Below, in pieces: positions 44,238 through 55,679 of a stretch of DNA of 64,000 bases. The notes below the pieces were generated by a model. It saw only the letters and a list, made by a program, of their open reading frames with translations, was not told the origin of the DNA and searched no databases. Source of the stretch: an uncultured Rivularia sp. (lineage in GTDB: Bacteria; Cyanobacteriota; Cyanobacteriia; Cyanobacteriales; Nostocaceae); the NCBI GenBank assembly GCA_963665115.1, contig OY762007.1, forward strand, positions 8,288,001 to 8,352,000. The letters are read 5' to 3'. Both the position numbers and the translations under genes were made by a program. The first letter of the stretch is position 1; each line of letters starts with the position of its first letter.

Positions 44238-44945
44238 ATGACAATTACTTACCAAGACAATCAGTTAAAAGTTATTTTGACAGATATTGAAGGCACTACA
44301 ACCGATATTAGTTTTGTACATGACGTTCTTTTTCCTTATTCTGCAAAACATTTATCAGCTTGGGTACGCAAAAATTTAGAATTACCGATTACTCAAGATA
44401 TACTGCAACAAGTTAGAGAAATAACTGGTAAATCAAATCTTGATGTGGAAAGCTGCCTGAATCAATTGATAAATTGGCAAGCTGAAGACAAGAAAATTAC
44501 TCCATTAAAAACTCTGCAAGGTTTAATTTGGCGAGAAGGGTATGATAAAGGTGAGTTAAAAGCTCACGTGTATGCCGACGCTGTTGAATATCTTCAAAAT
44601 TGGCATGATGCAGGTTTAACTTTGGCTGTTTATTCTTCCGGTTCCATTGCTGCTCAGAAGCTATTGTTTACAAACACTTCCGTTGGGGATTTAACTTCAT
44701 TATTTTCCGCTTACTTCGATACTACTACGGGAAGTAAAGTAGAAAGCCAATCCTACGTGAAAATAGCTGATGAATTATCTGTTCTTCCACAACAGATTTT
44801 GTTTCTTTCTGACTCTTTGAAAGAATTGGTTGCGGCTAGTGCAGCTAATTTAAATGTTTGTGGGTTGAATAGAGAAGCGACAGATGTAGATGATAATTTT
44901 ACCTATGTAAATAACTTTTCTCAGATTCCTATAGAAAATGGTTGA
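44238..44945 (+). CDS. mtnC: Acireductone synthase (enolase-phosphatase E1)
   Basis: DIEGTTT, FVHDVLFPY, LQGLIW, YSSGS, FLSD. Confidence 0.93.
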   Translation: MTITYQDNQLKVILTDIEGTTTDISFVHDVLFPYSAKHLSAWVRKNLELPITQDILQQVREITGKSNLDVESCLNQLINWQAEDKKITPLKTLQGLIWREGYDKGELKAHVYADAVEYLQNWHDAGLTLAVYSSGSIAAQKLLFTNTSVGDLTSLFSAYFDTTTGSKVESQSYVKIADELSVLPQQILFLSDSLKELVAASAANLNVCGLNREATDVDDNFTYVNNFSQIPIENG

Positions 44946-45532
44946 GAAAACTGTATTGTTAAATTTATTTTTAATGCTGCAATTTTTACAAATAGTCTTG
45001 ATATAATATCAGGTATTTCTAAATAAAAATACGGATTTATAGTTTTTTTGGTGATATATAATACTTGTATTTTTGGTGAATTGAAATTAAACAATTATAG
45101 CTATTGACAATTAGTCTAGAGATAGATTCATGACACGAGTTATAAATTTTCTGCTGAATACCTTAAATTCGCTTTGGTTTGCTTTAATAAGCGATCCAAT
45201 GAAATCGATTACTGCATTCGCTTCAATAATCCAGTACCAAGAACAGAGTATTTCTCCTAGCACCCCAGGCTTTGTTGGTAAGCAAAGAGTAATCGGGACT
45301 TTTCAAGAATTTCAAAAGCTTGAGATATCCAAAGAAAAATGCCTTCAAATCATTCCATACGTTATAACTGGTTGTGCAAAGCGTTCTATAGGGAAAAAGG
45401 CAATTATCAAACTTGGAAACTTAGGTGATGCAGCTACTTGGTAATATTAGTCATGTGAACTTTGGCAAGGGTAATAGTTTTCTACCGAAACCGCTTGGAC
45501 ATATTTTATTTTTTTTGAAGCAAAATCTATTC

Positions 45533-45724
45533 GTAGGTTGGGTTAGACACTAAAATCAAAATTGATTGTAACGACAATTTAACTATGGTGTCGTAACCCA
45601 ACATCAATATTGGGAATAGATAAAAATATCGCTTAAATGCACAATTGCTGGCAATGTTGGGTTACGACGCTATGTAAATTCTTAACTCAAACCCTAAATT
45701 ATAAAAGCGTCTAACCCAACCTAC
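45533..45724. repeat. Four-armed REP-doublet element, copy 1
   Basis: GTAGGTTGGGTTAGAC...GTCGTAACCCAACAT...ATGTTGGGTTACGAC...GTCTAACCCAACCTAC. Confidence 0.9.
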
Positions 45725-45888
45725 AAATCCTCTCTCTTTAACTCTTTCCTCTGCGTACTCTGTGTCTCTGCGGTTTTTTTGATTTCAATAATTTAGCGTT
45801 ACAACCAAATTATTGAAAATGGTGCGTTAGAACAAAGTTCATAACACACCCTACAATAAAGAATTTTCAAACTAAATCATAGTTATTC

Positions 45889-46054
45889 GTAGGTTGGGTT
45901 AGACACTAAAATCAAAATTGATTGTAACGACAATTTAAATCTGGTGTCGTAGCTCAACATCATTGTTATGGATATAAGAAGCATATGTTGGGTTACGACG
46001 CTATATAAATTCTTAACTCAAACCTTAATCATAAAAGCGTCTAACCCAACCTAC
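45889..46054. repeat. Four-armed REP-doublet element, copy 2
   Basis: Near-identical arms and inter-arm spacers to copy 1; shorter, different centre. Confidence 0.9.
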
Positions 46055-46123
46055 AATTCAAGTATTAATTGAGCAATAAAATACCCCTCTCATTAACAAG
46101 GAGAGGGGAAGGGGTGAGGTTTT

Positions 46124-49100
46124 TCAAACTTTGGCTACAGGTGTTTCTTCAACTCCCTGCAATTGTTTTGTTTCAATTTTCTTCTTCCCGGAATAATCTC
46201 GTAACAATCCCATTAATGCAGGAACTATGGTAGGTGTGAGAATTGTAGAAAATGCCAAACCTCCAGTTAAAACAATTCCCAATCCTTGATATAACTCGGC
46301 TCCTTTTCCGGGAATTACAGCTAGCGGTAACATTCCTAAGACGCTGGTTCCTGCTGACATGAAAATTGGTCGGAGTCTGTCTTTTACTGCTAAATAAAGG
46401 GAGTCGTCGTAGCTTTTTCCTTCGTTTTGCAGTTGTAAGGATCTATCTACTAATAATATTGCGTTGTTAACTACTACTCCGGTTAATATTACAAATCCCA
46501 ATCCAGTTATCATATCTAAGGGAACTACTACACCGGGAATTGAATTTGCCAAAATTAAACTTAATAATGCTCCCGATATTCCCAAGGGTACTGTTGCCAT
46601 GATTAACATGGGGAAGGAAAAGGAACGATATAAAGCAACTAAAAGCAAATAGGTAATTACCAAAGATAATACGAAACTGGAACCAAGTTGCATTAATGTT
46701 TCTGATAGGACATCAGCCGAACCAGCTAGTTCTGCTCGGAATCCGATTGGTAAGGTTTCGCGTAAAGGTTCTAAAATTTGCTGTTCGGTTTGGTCTACTA
46801 ATGCTCCTAATGGTGCTTCTCTAGCTACTCGAACAGTAAGGGTAATTGACCGCTCTAAGTCAACGTGGTTGATTGCATCTGGGCCGGTTGCTTCGACGAC
46901 TTCTGCGACATCGGATAATTGTACTTGTCTTCCTCTACCAATATTTAACGGAAGTTGTCGTAATTGTTCTGGGGTTTCGACGGATGTATCTTGTAATTCG
47001 ACGGTGACATCAAGTTCTCGTTTACCATCTGTAAATTCAGAAGCTCGTAAACCACCTAAAGCAGCTTCGACGATGGAACCGAGTTCTGCTTCCGATAATC
47101 CGACTTCTGCTAATCTAACTCGGTTGGGAACAACTTGTAATTCTGGCGCTCCGGTGACAAAATTGGAACGGACATTTTGTACTCCTTCTAATCCTCGGAG
47201 TTGTTCCATTACCTGTTGTTGGAGTTGATTTAATTGTTCTAAATCTTGTCCGACAATATTTACTTCAAATTCTTTTCCGGGGTTCCGAAATATTGATACT
47301 CTTCGAGGAACTAGGAAGCGATATCCGGGAAAGTTATTGCTTTGTTGACGGAATCTATCGACAAGTTCATCAAGTTTATTCCCGGTTGCTTCTTCTGACT
47401 TCACAAAAGCGGCGATCGCTCTTAATCCGTTTCGGTGAACGTAAAGACTACGCATGACTTCCGGTTGTTCTCGAACAAAATCTCTAGCTCCTTGAGAAAG
47501 TTTGATTGCTTCGGGAATACTAGTTCCAGGAAATGGTTCTGCTAGCCATAATATTAAGTTACGGTTTCCTTCGGGGAGATAATCTGCTGGTGGAAGTAGT
47601 TGAACGCTGATAAATAATAATGTGATGGGAATTGCTAGTACTATTAAACGTCTGCCTTTTCTTCCTACTCCGATTGACCAACTTACTGTAGCTAAAAGGA
47701 ATTTTTCAAATTTTCTTTGGAAGAACAGGAATATTGAAGAGATTTTGGTAATTAGATTTTGAATAATAGCAAACCCATTCCGGAAAAATCTCACTCTTTT
47801 CCTCTCTTCTTTATAAGCAGAGGGGTGTCCGTCAGGACGGGGTGAGGTATTAGTTGGATTTGAAATTATTTGGTCGGAAGCAATTAATAAAGGGTTATTT
47901 TGTTGATTACTTGGAATATTTAAATTATTTCTTTCTCCCCCTGCTCCCTCATTCCCCATTCCTTGAAGAATTCTTTGTGCTTCAGCTTGATTGAGAAATA
48001 ATCCCGAAAGCATGGGAACCAAGGTTAATGCTGCAAATAGGGAGAATAAAACCGAAGCAGAAAGTCCGATTCCAATATCGAAGAATAATTGTCCAGCTTC
48101 ACCTTGAACCAAAACAATTGGAGCAAATACAGCAACGGTGGTTAAGGTAGAAGCTAGCATTGCTCCACCAACTTCTTCGGTTCCTTCGATTGCTGCTTTG
48201 ACTGGTGATTTACCCATTTGCATATGAGTAAACACGTTTTCTAAAACCACAATTGCATTATCTACCACCATCCCCACAGCAAATGCCAAACTTGCTAAAC
48301 TAATTACGTTTAAAGAACGTCCCAAAGCTGCAAAAACAATAAATACTGTAATTAAAGTTGTAGGAATAGTAATCGCAATAACTGCAACCGTCCGTAAAGA
48401 ACCGAGGAATAGTAATAAAATAAACGCTGCCAAAACAGCACCCATCATCAAATTCCCTTTTACAAAAGAAATTGATTGATTAATATAGTCATTTTCATCA
48501 TAGGGAATATCAAAAGTAATTCCTTCCCCTTCCCTATCAAACCGTTTTTCTAAATCAACTAAAGCTTGACGAATACCCTTGGAAATTTCCGGGACATTCG
48601 CATTTGGTTGACGAATAATTCCTACAGCAACCGCTGGTTTATTATCTCTAATTAAAGCTCTATCTTGAATCTTCCTTCCCATTTTTGCTGTAGCAACATC
48701 TCGCAAAAAAACCGTTCCCGATTCATCCCGACGTAAGACAAAATCTTCTAACTGCTTCACATCAGTCGAACGACTCACAGTCCTAACTCGATATTCCCGT
48801 CTTCCCAAAACCAAAGGGGCCACCGCGAATATCTCGGTTGTTACTTCGCAACGCAGCTACTACATCACCAATAGTTAAATTCCTATCCGCTAAAGCCTTG
48901 GGATTAACAATTACCTCAACTTCCCTTTCCCTACCACCAGAAATCAAAAATTGTCCCACACCTTGAACTTGTCGAAACCGAGGAACAATGACATCATCAA
49001 CCAAATCCCGATAATGTTCATCATTTGGTGTAAACCCTTCCTTAGCAACCAGAATCGTCCACATCATCGGACTGCTGCTACCGCTGACAATTTCTACATC

Positions 49101-49475
49101 CGACTCACCAGCTTCCCGTGGTAATTCCTCCACCTGCTGAAGCTTATTTAGAACATCCACCAACCGTCGATCAATATCGGTATCCCAATTAAATTCTAAA
49201 TTAATACTACTTACACCAGCAGCACTACTGCTAGTAACTTCTTGAATTCCCTGTACCTCCTCCAACCTTTCCTCAATCGGACGAGTAATTAACTCCTCAA
49301 CCTCATTCGGACTAGCACCAGAATAAGAAGTACTAATTGTAATTTCCGGGCGATCGCCACCAGGGCGCAATTCCAAAGGCAGACTTAATAATGATAAAAC
49401 ACCGAATAAAGCTAAAATACAAAATACAACAAAAGTTCCATGTCGCCAACGAACCGCTGTTTTAATTATGCTCAT
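46124..49475 (-). CDS. RND efflux permease (AcrB/AcrD/AcrF family), +1 frameshift at 48816-48819
   Basis: GMVVDNAIVVLEN, GVVVNNAILL, RLRPIFM; removing one C joins DIRGG to PLVLGRR. Confidence 0.92.
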
Positions 49476-49664
49476 AATAAATAGTTAGTGGTTGGTGGTT
49501 AGTTGTTAGTGGTTAGTTGTTAATTGTTAACCCCTTCCTACCTCTCCTCTTTATCTTTTCCCTCAGCGTACTCTGCACGCCACTTGCTACAAGTCGGGGA
49601 ACCCGCCCAACGCAGTGGCTTGTCTAGTAAGGTTTTTTTAATTATTAATCTTCTTATTAACTAT

Positions 49665-50096
49665 TCACTGCTCACTGTTAACTGATAACTGTTTTCCCAT
49701 TTTCACCGTCAAAAATTCATCTTTATCTCGTAATAAAAATAAAGCAATTAATCCACCCAAAGCAGGAACCGCAGCCCAAAACAAAGTATTTGGACTTTCA
49801 TAGGGATTAAATAATTGCTTATACGTTGATAACACCGAAACAATATGCATTCCTAAAATTGCTCCATAAGTCCAGGTTTTAAATAAACCCACCATGAAAG
49901 CAATTACAAGTAAAGTTTGGATTGTACCTGCAACGTAAGAAAATGATTGAGATACTTCCAGGGAATAAAACTTAGAAAATATGCCTTGAGTTGATTCTGG
50001 CTGAATTATTTTGCGTAAAGACCAAACCAGAAAAAACATTGCTGTGGAAATGCGGATTATTGCTAAACTAACTTGAATTTTTCTTTCGTCTGTCAT
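49665..50096 (-). CDS. DoxX-like membrane protein
   Basis: Four TM segments, IRIS..FFLVW..K pattern. Confidence 0.65.
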   Translation of the reverse strand: MTDERKIQVSLAIIRISTAMFFLVWSLRKIIQPESTQGIFSKFYSLEVSQSFSYVAGTIQTLLVIAFMVGLFKTWTYGAILGMHIVSVLSTYKQLFNPYESPNTLFWAAVPALGGLIALFLLRDKDEFLTVKMGKQLSVNSEQ

Positions 50097-50112
50097 GATT
50101 TTTTACTAATTA

Positions 50113-51492
50113 TCAATTACCTATTAGTTTGACTTTCGCTTTATCTTTCAAACCATCCCCACCACGCAATACGATTTTTTGACCTGCTTGTAAATTATTA
50201 CCGGAAATCGCGACTTGTTGTCCCATATCTGCAACCATTTCGACTTCCATCTGTTTCGCATTGCCGTTATCTACAGCAAATACTAACCATTTATCTTGTT
50301 TTCTCGTTAATGCATCGCGAGATACTACAAACCCCTCGGTATTTCCTGCTAATTGCAAGTTTCCAGAAATTGCCATACCGGGTAACAATCCTGGTGGTGG
50401 GTTATCCAATCTAACCCGTACTCGCTGCCGTCTTGATGCTGCTTCTGCTGTCGGTACAACTCCTGCAATCGTGGCATTTCCTTTCCATTGCGGTAAAGCA
50501 CGAGCGGTTAATTCTACTCTCGTTCCAGCCGCTACCTGAGAACTAAGTTGCTCTGGTAATTCTAAGAAAATATCTAACTTATCTCCCGCAACTAAAGTAA
50601 TAATTTCACCACCATTTTGTAAGTAGTCGCCAGGGCTAACTTGTCTTTGCAAAACAACACCATCAGAATTAGCTTTGATGCGAGTTCGTTCTATTTGTAG
50701 TTTTGCTTGGTTGACTACAGATATTGCTGCTGCAACGTTGGCTTGTTGTGCTGCAATAACTTCACGGGTAAAACCAGCTTTTGCTTCCGCTAATTCTGCT
50801 TGCGCTTCTAATCTTTCTCCCCTAGCATTATCTACTGCTGCTCTTGCTTCTACCAATAATCTTTGCGCGATCGCACCTTCTCTTACTAACCCCGTGCGTC
50901 TTTTCAGATTATCCACTGCTTCTGTTTCTCTGGCTCTGGCTGCTTTTACCGCTGCTTCCCTTTGAGCAATAATTTCTGGACGAGTTCCCACTTCTAATCT
51001 TGCTAATTCGCTTCGCTGTTGTGCAAGTTGGGCTTGTGCTTGAGAAAGCGTTAATTTTTGATCGGCATCGTCGAGTACTGCAATTGTCGTTCCCCGTCTC
51101 ACTTTATCCCCGGCTTGCACCAGCATTTGCTTGACTATTCCCCCGGTTTGAGCGCGGATTGTGGCTTGTTGTGGCGATTCCACTTGTCCTAATAATTGTA
51201 CGTTCCTTGTAGCATTACCTTTGGAAAGTGTTGTAACTTCTACAGCACGAGGTGCAGGTGTTTTCGCTGCTGTGGCTGGTTTCGGAGCTTGTTGAGTAGC
51301 AGAAAATACGTGAAATAATGCTATCCCATTAATGCCAATCGAAATAAATAATAATAACCCTAACCAAGACTTGCGATGATTTTTTTCGGGGTTACGTTGC
51401 TTTTCATCGATAGCAGAAACATCAATATCTTGCTCCAAATTGTGTTCTAAGTTGGCTTTTAATTCTGTCTCTGGTGGCTGTAACTCGTTCAT
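50113..51492 (-). CDS. RND periplasmic adaptor (membrane fusion protein)
   Basis: TM anchor, lipoyl-like halves, long alpha-hairpin, LLPGM. Confidence 0.92.
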   Translation of the reverse strand: MNELQPPETELKANLEHNLEQDIDVSAIDEKQRNPEKNHRKSWLGLLLFISIGINGIALFHVFSATQQAPKPATAAKTPAPRAVEVTTLSKGNATRNVQLLGQVESPQQATIRAQTGGIVKQMLVQAGDKVRRGTTIAVLDDADQKLTLSQAQAQLAQQRSELARLEVGTRPEIIAQREAAVKAARARETEAVDNLKRRTGLVREGAIAQRLLVEARAAVDNARGERLEAQAELAEAKAGFTREVIAAQQANVAAAISVVNQAKLQIERTRIKANSDGVVLQRQVSPGDYLQNGGEIITLVAGDKLDIFLELPEQLSSQVAAGTRVELTARALPQWKGNATIAGVVPTAEAASRRQRVRVRLDNPPPGLLPGMAISGNLQLAGNTEGFVVSRDALTRKQDKWLVFAVDNGNAKQMEVEMVADMGQQVAISGNNLQAGQKIVLRGGDGLKDKAKVKLIGN

Positions 51493-51544
51493 AATTTTTC
51501 TGGTAATGGATAATGTTTGTTTGTTAAGATTTGAAACCTTTATG

Positions 51545-51560
51545 CATACCAGTTGGTATG
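51545..51560. promoter_or_regulatory. Putative TetR operator CATACC-N4-GGTATG
   Basis: Perfect 6-4-6 palindrome upstream of the adaptor gene. Confidence 0.7.
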
Positions 51561-51577
51561 TTGATAGTTAAAATTTT

Positions 51578-52183
51578 TTATGCTGGTATGCCCAATATTC
51601 TTAATAATCCTGGTTTCAAATCGGTTTTAACAAACTCTAAATCATTTTTAACTCTACCTATGGTTAAAACACCCTGTACAAATACATACATATAGCTTCC
51701 GATATTCGCTGCATCTAAATCCTTATCAACTATACCTTCACGTTGGGCATCGGCGACAAGGGAAGTTAAATATTTAGTCATGCGATCGGTAATATTAACA
51801 GAGATATTTTTCAGCTTATCTTCGCTGGTACTTTGTCCGGTAGAGATAAACGGACAGCCAAGCACTCGTCCGGTTTGAGCGTATTTTTTTGTCTGCATGG
51901 ATATTATCAGTTCGCAGTAATAATCAACTCTTTCTAAAGGTGTATTTTGTGGAGAAAAAACGCGGTCAAAACTATTCCTAACGTTTAACCAGCGGACTTC
52001 CAATGCTGCTGCGGCTAAATCGGCTTTTGATTTAAAATAGTGATAAAAAGCACCCTTAGTAACTCCCGATTGCGTACAAATTTGCACAATTCCCACGCAA
52101 TCGTAATTGTTTTCCCAGATTAAATCCAGCGCGGTTTCTAAAAGCTTTTGTTTTGTTTCTTTATGTTCTATAACGGTTGCCAT
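51578..52183 (-). CDS. TetR/AcrR family regulator (probable start MATVIEH)
   Basis: TKQKLLETA, GVTKGAFYHYFKSK, GCP. Confidence 0.92.
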   Translation of the reverse strand: MATVIEHKETKQKLLETALDLIWENNYDCVGIVQICTQSGVTKGAFYHYFKSKADLAAAALEVRWLNVRNSFDRVFSPQNTPLERVDYYCELIISMQTKKYAQTGRVLGCPFISTGQSTSEDKLKNISVNITDRMTKYLTSLVADAQREGIVDKDLDAANIGSYMYVFVQGVLTIGRVKNDLEFVKTDLKPGLLRILGIPA

Positions 52184-52213
52184 GTTATCGAAAAAGTATA
52201 TATGATTATTTAT

Positions 52214-52229
52214 CATACATACCGGTATG
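52214..52229. promoter_or_regulatory. Second putative TetR operator CATACA-N4-GGTATG
   Basis: One mismatch from the 51545 site; 30 nt upstream of tetR. Confidence 0.65.
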
Positions 52230-52685
52230 AATGTTGAGCAACTATTTCTCTTTGTATTTTCACAGAAGCAAAAATTTTACTTACCTGAAGAGAAGCCAGA
52301 GGTGATTGGCGATCGCCTTTTGATGCGAAAATTGATTTAACTGCGGTATTTCAGCCTTGGGAATAATGTAGAAACTCTTCCTCTTCCACAACCAGAATTG
52401 ATTAATCACTCACTCACCCTGAATTCAATTGTGCTAAGCATCGCAAACAAATGTGACACAGAAATGACAATGTGAAGAAAATATAAAGTTAGTTTGGCAA
52501 TGGGGGATGGGGAATGGGGCATAGTTAAGCTGATATGCAGCTAAATTGCGTAATGCTAAAGCCTGAAAATATTGTAGTGCGGGCATCTTGCTCGCTAGTA
52601 TTATACAAACTAAATGCGTAACAACTTAGCAGTTAAAACTATAATTGTTTGTTAGTAACTGATAACTGATAACTGCTCACTGATA

Positions 52686-53225
52686 ATGAGTCTCTATTTC
52701 ATCGCTTTATTACCACCGCAGTCAATTCAAGATTATGCTACTGAAGTTAAGCAGTATTTTGCTGACAATTACGACAGTAAACACGCTTTCAAGTCACCTC
52801 CACACGTTACTTTGCAACCTCCTTTTGAGTGGAATACGGATAAAATAATCAATTTGGAGGAATGTTTGCAGAAGTTTGTCAGGGGGCGAAATTCAATACC
52901 GATGATTCTCGATGGTTATAATGCGTTTGCTCCTCGGGTTATATATATTGATGTAGTTAAAACTTCAGAGTTGATGAATTTGCAAGCTGATTTAATGGCT
53001 TATTTAGAAACTAATTTGGGGATAGTTGATAAAGTTGGAAAATCTCGCGGTTTTACTCCTCACATGACGGTTGCTTTTAAAGATTTGAAGCGAAATAAAT
53101 TTAAAGCTGCTTGGAAGGAATTTGAAAACCGAGAATTGTATTTTGAATTTACTGCTGGGGAATTGATACTGTTAAAACACGAAGATAGGAAATGGAATAT
53201 TACAGAAGAGTTTAAATTTGTATAA
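52686..53225 (+). CDS. 2'-5' RNA ligase / 2H phosphoesterase family
   Basis: PPHVTL and TPHMTV motifs. Confidence 0.88.
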   Translation: MSLYFIALLPPQSIQDYATEVKQYFADNYDSKHAFKSPPHVTLQPPFEWNTDKIINLEECLQKFVRGRNSIPMILDGYNAFAPRVIYIDVVKTSELMNLQADLMAYLETNLGIVDKVGKSRGFTPHMTVAFKDLKRNKFKAAWKEFENRELYFEFTAGELILLKHEDRKWNITEEFKFV

Positions 53226-53304
53226 AAAATACATAGAAATATGACCCAATAATCCTTATACTACCACTGCGTAATCTAGTAGACCTTTTAAAAGAGAAAT
53301 AATC

Positions 53305-53598
53305 ATGCAACCAGAAACAAAGCAAGCGTACCAAGAGAAAGTAAAGGCTCAACTTAATAACCTTAACGCTCAAATCGATCAAATGAAGGCAAAAGCCGCT
53401 GAAGCCAATGCTGATGCTGCTATTGAGTACAATAAAATGATAGACGATTTAACTGGCAAACGTAATGAAGCACAAGTAAAGTTAGATGAAATCGGCAGAG
53501 CTTCTGAAGATGCTTGGGAAGATTTGAAAGTAGGCTTTGAAAGTGCTTGGAATGATTTGAATGTTGCTTTCAAGAGTGCAATGAATAAATTCCAGTAA
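53305..53598 (+). CDS. Small coiled-coil protein (putative stress-related family)
   Basis: KQAYQEK..AQL...AWEDLK.GFE.AW pattern. Confidence 0.75.
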   Translation: MQPETKQAYQEKVKAQLNNLNAQIDQMKAKAAEANADAAIEYNKMIDDLTGKRNEAQVKLDEIGRASEDAWEDLKVGFESAWNDLNVAFKSAMNKFQ

Positions 53599-53704
53599 TT
53601 TTATCTTCATTCTTTAATCGATCGTAATAACTAATGTAGAGACTGGCTGTATTTCCACGTCTCTATTTTTTATTTTTTATTTCAATTACCAAGAGCGAAT
53701 CGAA

Positions 53705-53761
53705 ATGTCTTTTCATTTTGGAGAAATTGCGGTTCAAAACAAAGCGGGGGTGCGAGGGTAA
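53705..53761 (+). pseudogene. N-terminal remnant resembling pyridoxamine-5'-phosphate-oxidase-related FMN-binding proteins
   Basis: MSFHFGEIAVQNKAGVRG* matches the FHxGExxVQxxAG start motif, then stops. Confidence 0.5.
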
Positions 53762-53974
53762 TGCCATTTTCATTAATTTGCTTTATTTTGTCGGATTATA
53801 CGTTCACCTGGCAATAGCAAAGGTATTTTAAATCCACCTCTACGCTGAAAGTTTATTCAGTAATAGTTTTTCAGGAAAGAATTAATTACTTAGAAAACCA
53901 CCGCATATTTCCGGAAATTTCAGCAAAGCTATGTAGTTATGTAGGCATAAAAGATACAAAGCGCGGAAGGTACT

Positions 53975-55039
53975 ATGACTACTAGCTTTATTGTTCTTGA
54001 AGTAGGTGCGACTGGATTAAAAGTAACAAGATTGCAGTCGGCTTTAAAACAGCTTAATTTTTATTTTAGTGCCGTTGATGGTATTTTTGGTGCAAAAACC
54101 AAAGCTGCATTAATTAAGTTTCAACAGCTTTACAGTCATCTTCCTAGCAACGGAATTGTTGATGCTGAAACGATTTTACAATTAGATCAAGATGTGTGGT
54201 TGTCGGGAAAAGAGGTTTTGCGGGAAGGTTGTACGGGTGAAGAAGTAAAAGCACTTCAAGAAATATTTACTGTCTCCGATTTACACACCTCAACTACTGA
54301 TGGATATTTTGGTAGAAAAACGAAAGAAGCTGTAATTTGGTTTCAACAAAATTGGAGTTTGCAAGCAGATGGTATTGTAGGAACTGATACTTGGGCTGCT
54401 TTATATCGCCATCAAGTTTATAATGTACCAATAGAAGACAGAGTTAACTATTTTTTTGGTGAGTTAAATACAGATACATTTATTAAATTACCGCTAAAAA
54501 ATGGTGACAAGGGACGCGATATTTTAGTGTTACAAAAGTTTTTAAATCACGGTTATGGGGGTACTCGTGGAATTTTGGAAGATGGCTATTTTGGACAAGC
54601 AACAGAACAAGCCGTTAAAAACTTTCAGCAACGTAAGGGTTTATTTGTTGATGGGTTTGTAGGAGTGCAAACTTATGAACAAATGCTTCGTGAAGGTTTG
54701 AGTCAGCAGTTAATAAATGAGTTATTAAGCATTCGTAAAAGTAAGTCACTTAGTTTTACGAATGGTAACGAATATCAGATGATAGAAGATGCAGCGGTAA
54801 GAGGAGAAACCGTAATTCATAGGTTTGAAGTTGCACCGAGACAAGATTTTAATATCGTAATTACTTGTTCAGAAAATAATGCAGTTTTTGAATTATTTAA
54901 GGTTGGGGAGCCTAGAATTTATGCAGAAAAAGCAACCAATATGAAGCTGCTCCTAGAAGAAGGTGAATATTATTTGGCTGTTAATGCTATTCGCGGTAAT
55001 ACTAGTTATAAGTTGCAGGTTAAATCGATAAATTGTTAG
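53975..55039 (+). CDS. Multi peptidoglycan-binding-domain protein with PPC-like C-terminal domain
   Basis: Three L..G..G..V..LQ...DG.FG..T..AV..FQ...DG.VG units; no catalytic domain recognised. Confidence 0.85.
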   Translation: MTTSFIVLEVGATGLKVTRLQSALKQLNFYFSAVDGIFGAKTKAALIKFQQLYSHLPSNGIVDAETILQLDQDVWLSGKEVLREGCTGEEVKALQEIFTVSDLHTSTTDGYFGRKTKEAVIWFQQNWSLQADGIVGTDTWAALYRHQVYNVPIEDRVNYFFGELNTDTFIKLPLKNGDKGRDILVLQKFLNHGYGGTRGILEDGYFGQATEQAVKNFQQRKGLFVDGFVGVQTYEQMLREGLSQQLINELLSIRKSKSLSFTNGNEYQMIEDAAVRGETVIHRFEVAPRQDFNIVITCSENNAVFELFKVGEPRIYAEKATNMKLLLEEGEYYLAVNAIRGNTSYKLQVKSINC

Positions 55040-55132
55040 TTAATAAAACCCCTCCCGAAGTTGACGTGGAGGGGAACAAATTTAATATTTAGTTTGTCTA
55101 ATCTATTATTGAAAATTACTAGAAATAATCTT

Positions 55133-55591
55133 ATGAAAAAAATAGCTATTGTATCTGTTTTGATCGCAAGTCCGTTATTATGGTTGCTGAATAATCAAGT
55201 TTTCGCAACACCCAAAGAAACGGTTTCTCAATCAATACACTCTCAAGCTGCTCAATCAAAAGATAAATGGCGAAGAATGAACGAGAAGGAAGAGATAAAT
55301 CAAATAAGATCGCTAATTGATAGTCGTATGGGTGTAGCTGCACTTAATCAATTAGCGTTAGAAGGTTTTATTGGTTTTGATTGTAAACGCAGCTTTTATG
55401 TTAACGAACGATATGGTGGTTTTCAAACTTTGATGCGGGTGAAGTGTAATAAGCCTAAAGGTGCTTCTAGTGCAATCGGTTATGACGAAATTCGAGTTGT
55501 TTTCAATCGGTTTGAAGATAATATTGAGGGCTTTAAAATTGAAAGGGTTTCCAAAGAAACTGGCTCTGGGAAGATTAAGTTACCCGATTGA
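55133..55591 (+). CDS. Hypothetical exported protein (probable start MKKIAIV)
   Basis: Signal peptide; Cys pair. Confidence 0.65.
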   Translation: MKKIAIVSVLIASPLLWLLNNQVFATPKETVSQSIHSQAAQSKDKWRRMNEKEEINQIRSLIDSRMGVAALNQLALEGFIGFDCKRSFYVNERYGGFQTLMRVKCNKPKGASSAIGYDEIRVVFNRFEDNIEGFKIERVSKETGSGKIKLPD

Positions 55592-55679
55592 TTACTTGTA
55601 GTAAAGGGAGTTGGGAGTTGGGAGTAGGAAGTTGGGAACAGGGATTGTCAACAACCGCTTGGGAATAAATTCCCAGGCT

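Noticed and set aside
42967..44945. Functional link between methionine salvage genes and RuBisCO (RLP-type enolase step)
   Set aside because: MtnC is the bifunctional enolase-phosphatase, so no RuBisCO-like enzyme is needed; the proximity is probably incidental.
45130..45444. 104-aa ORF
   Set aside because: No recognisable motif in this or the alternative frames examined; cannot be supported as a gene.
45533..46054. Possible CRISPR or IS element
   Set aside because: Arms alternate in orientation, spacers are shared between copies, and there is no transposase ORF; it fits a REP doublet.
52263..52340. Peptide QKQKFYLPEEKPEVIGDRLL resembling an alpha/beta-hydrolase C-terminus
   Set aside because: Too short and lacks the catalytic His; the similarity may be chance.
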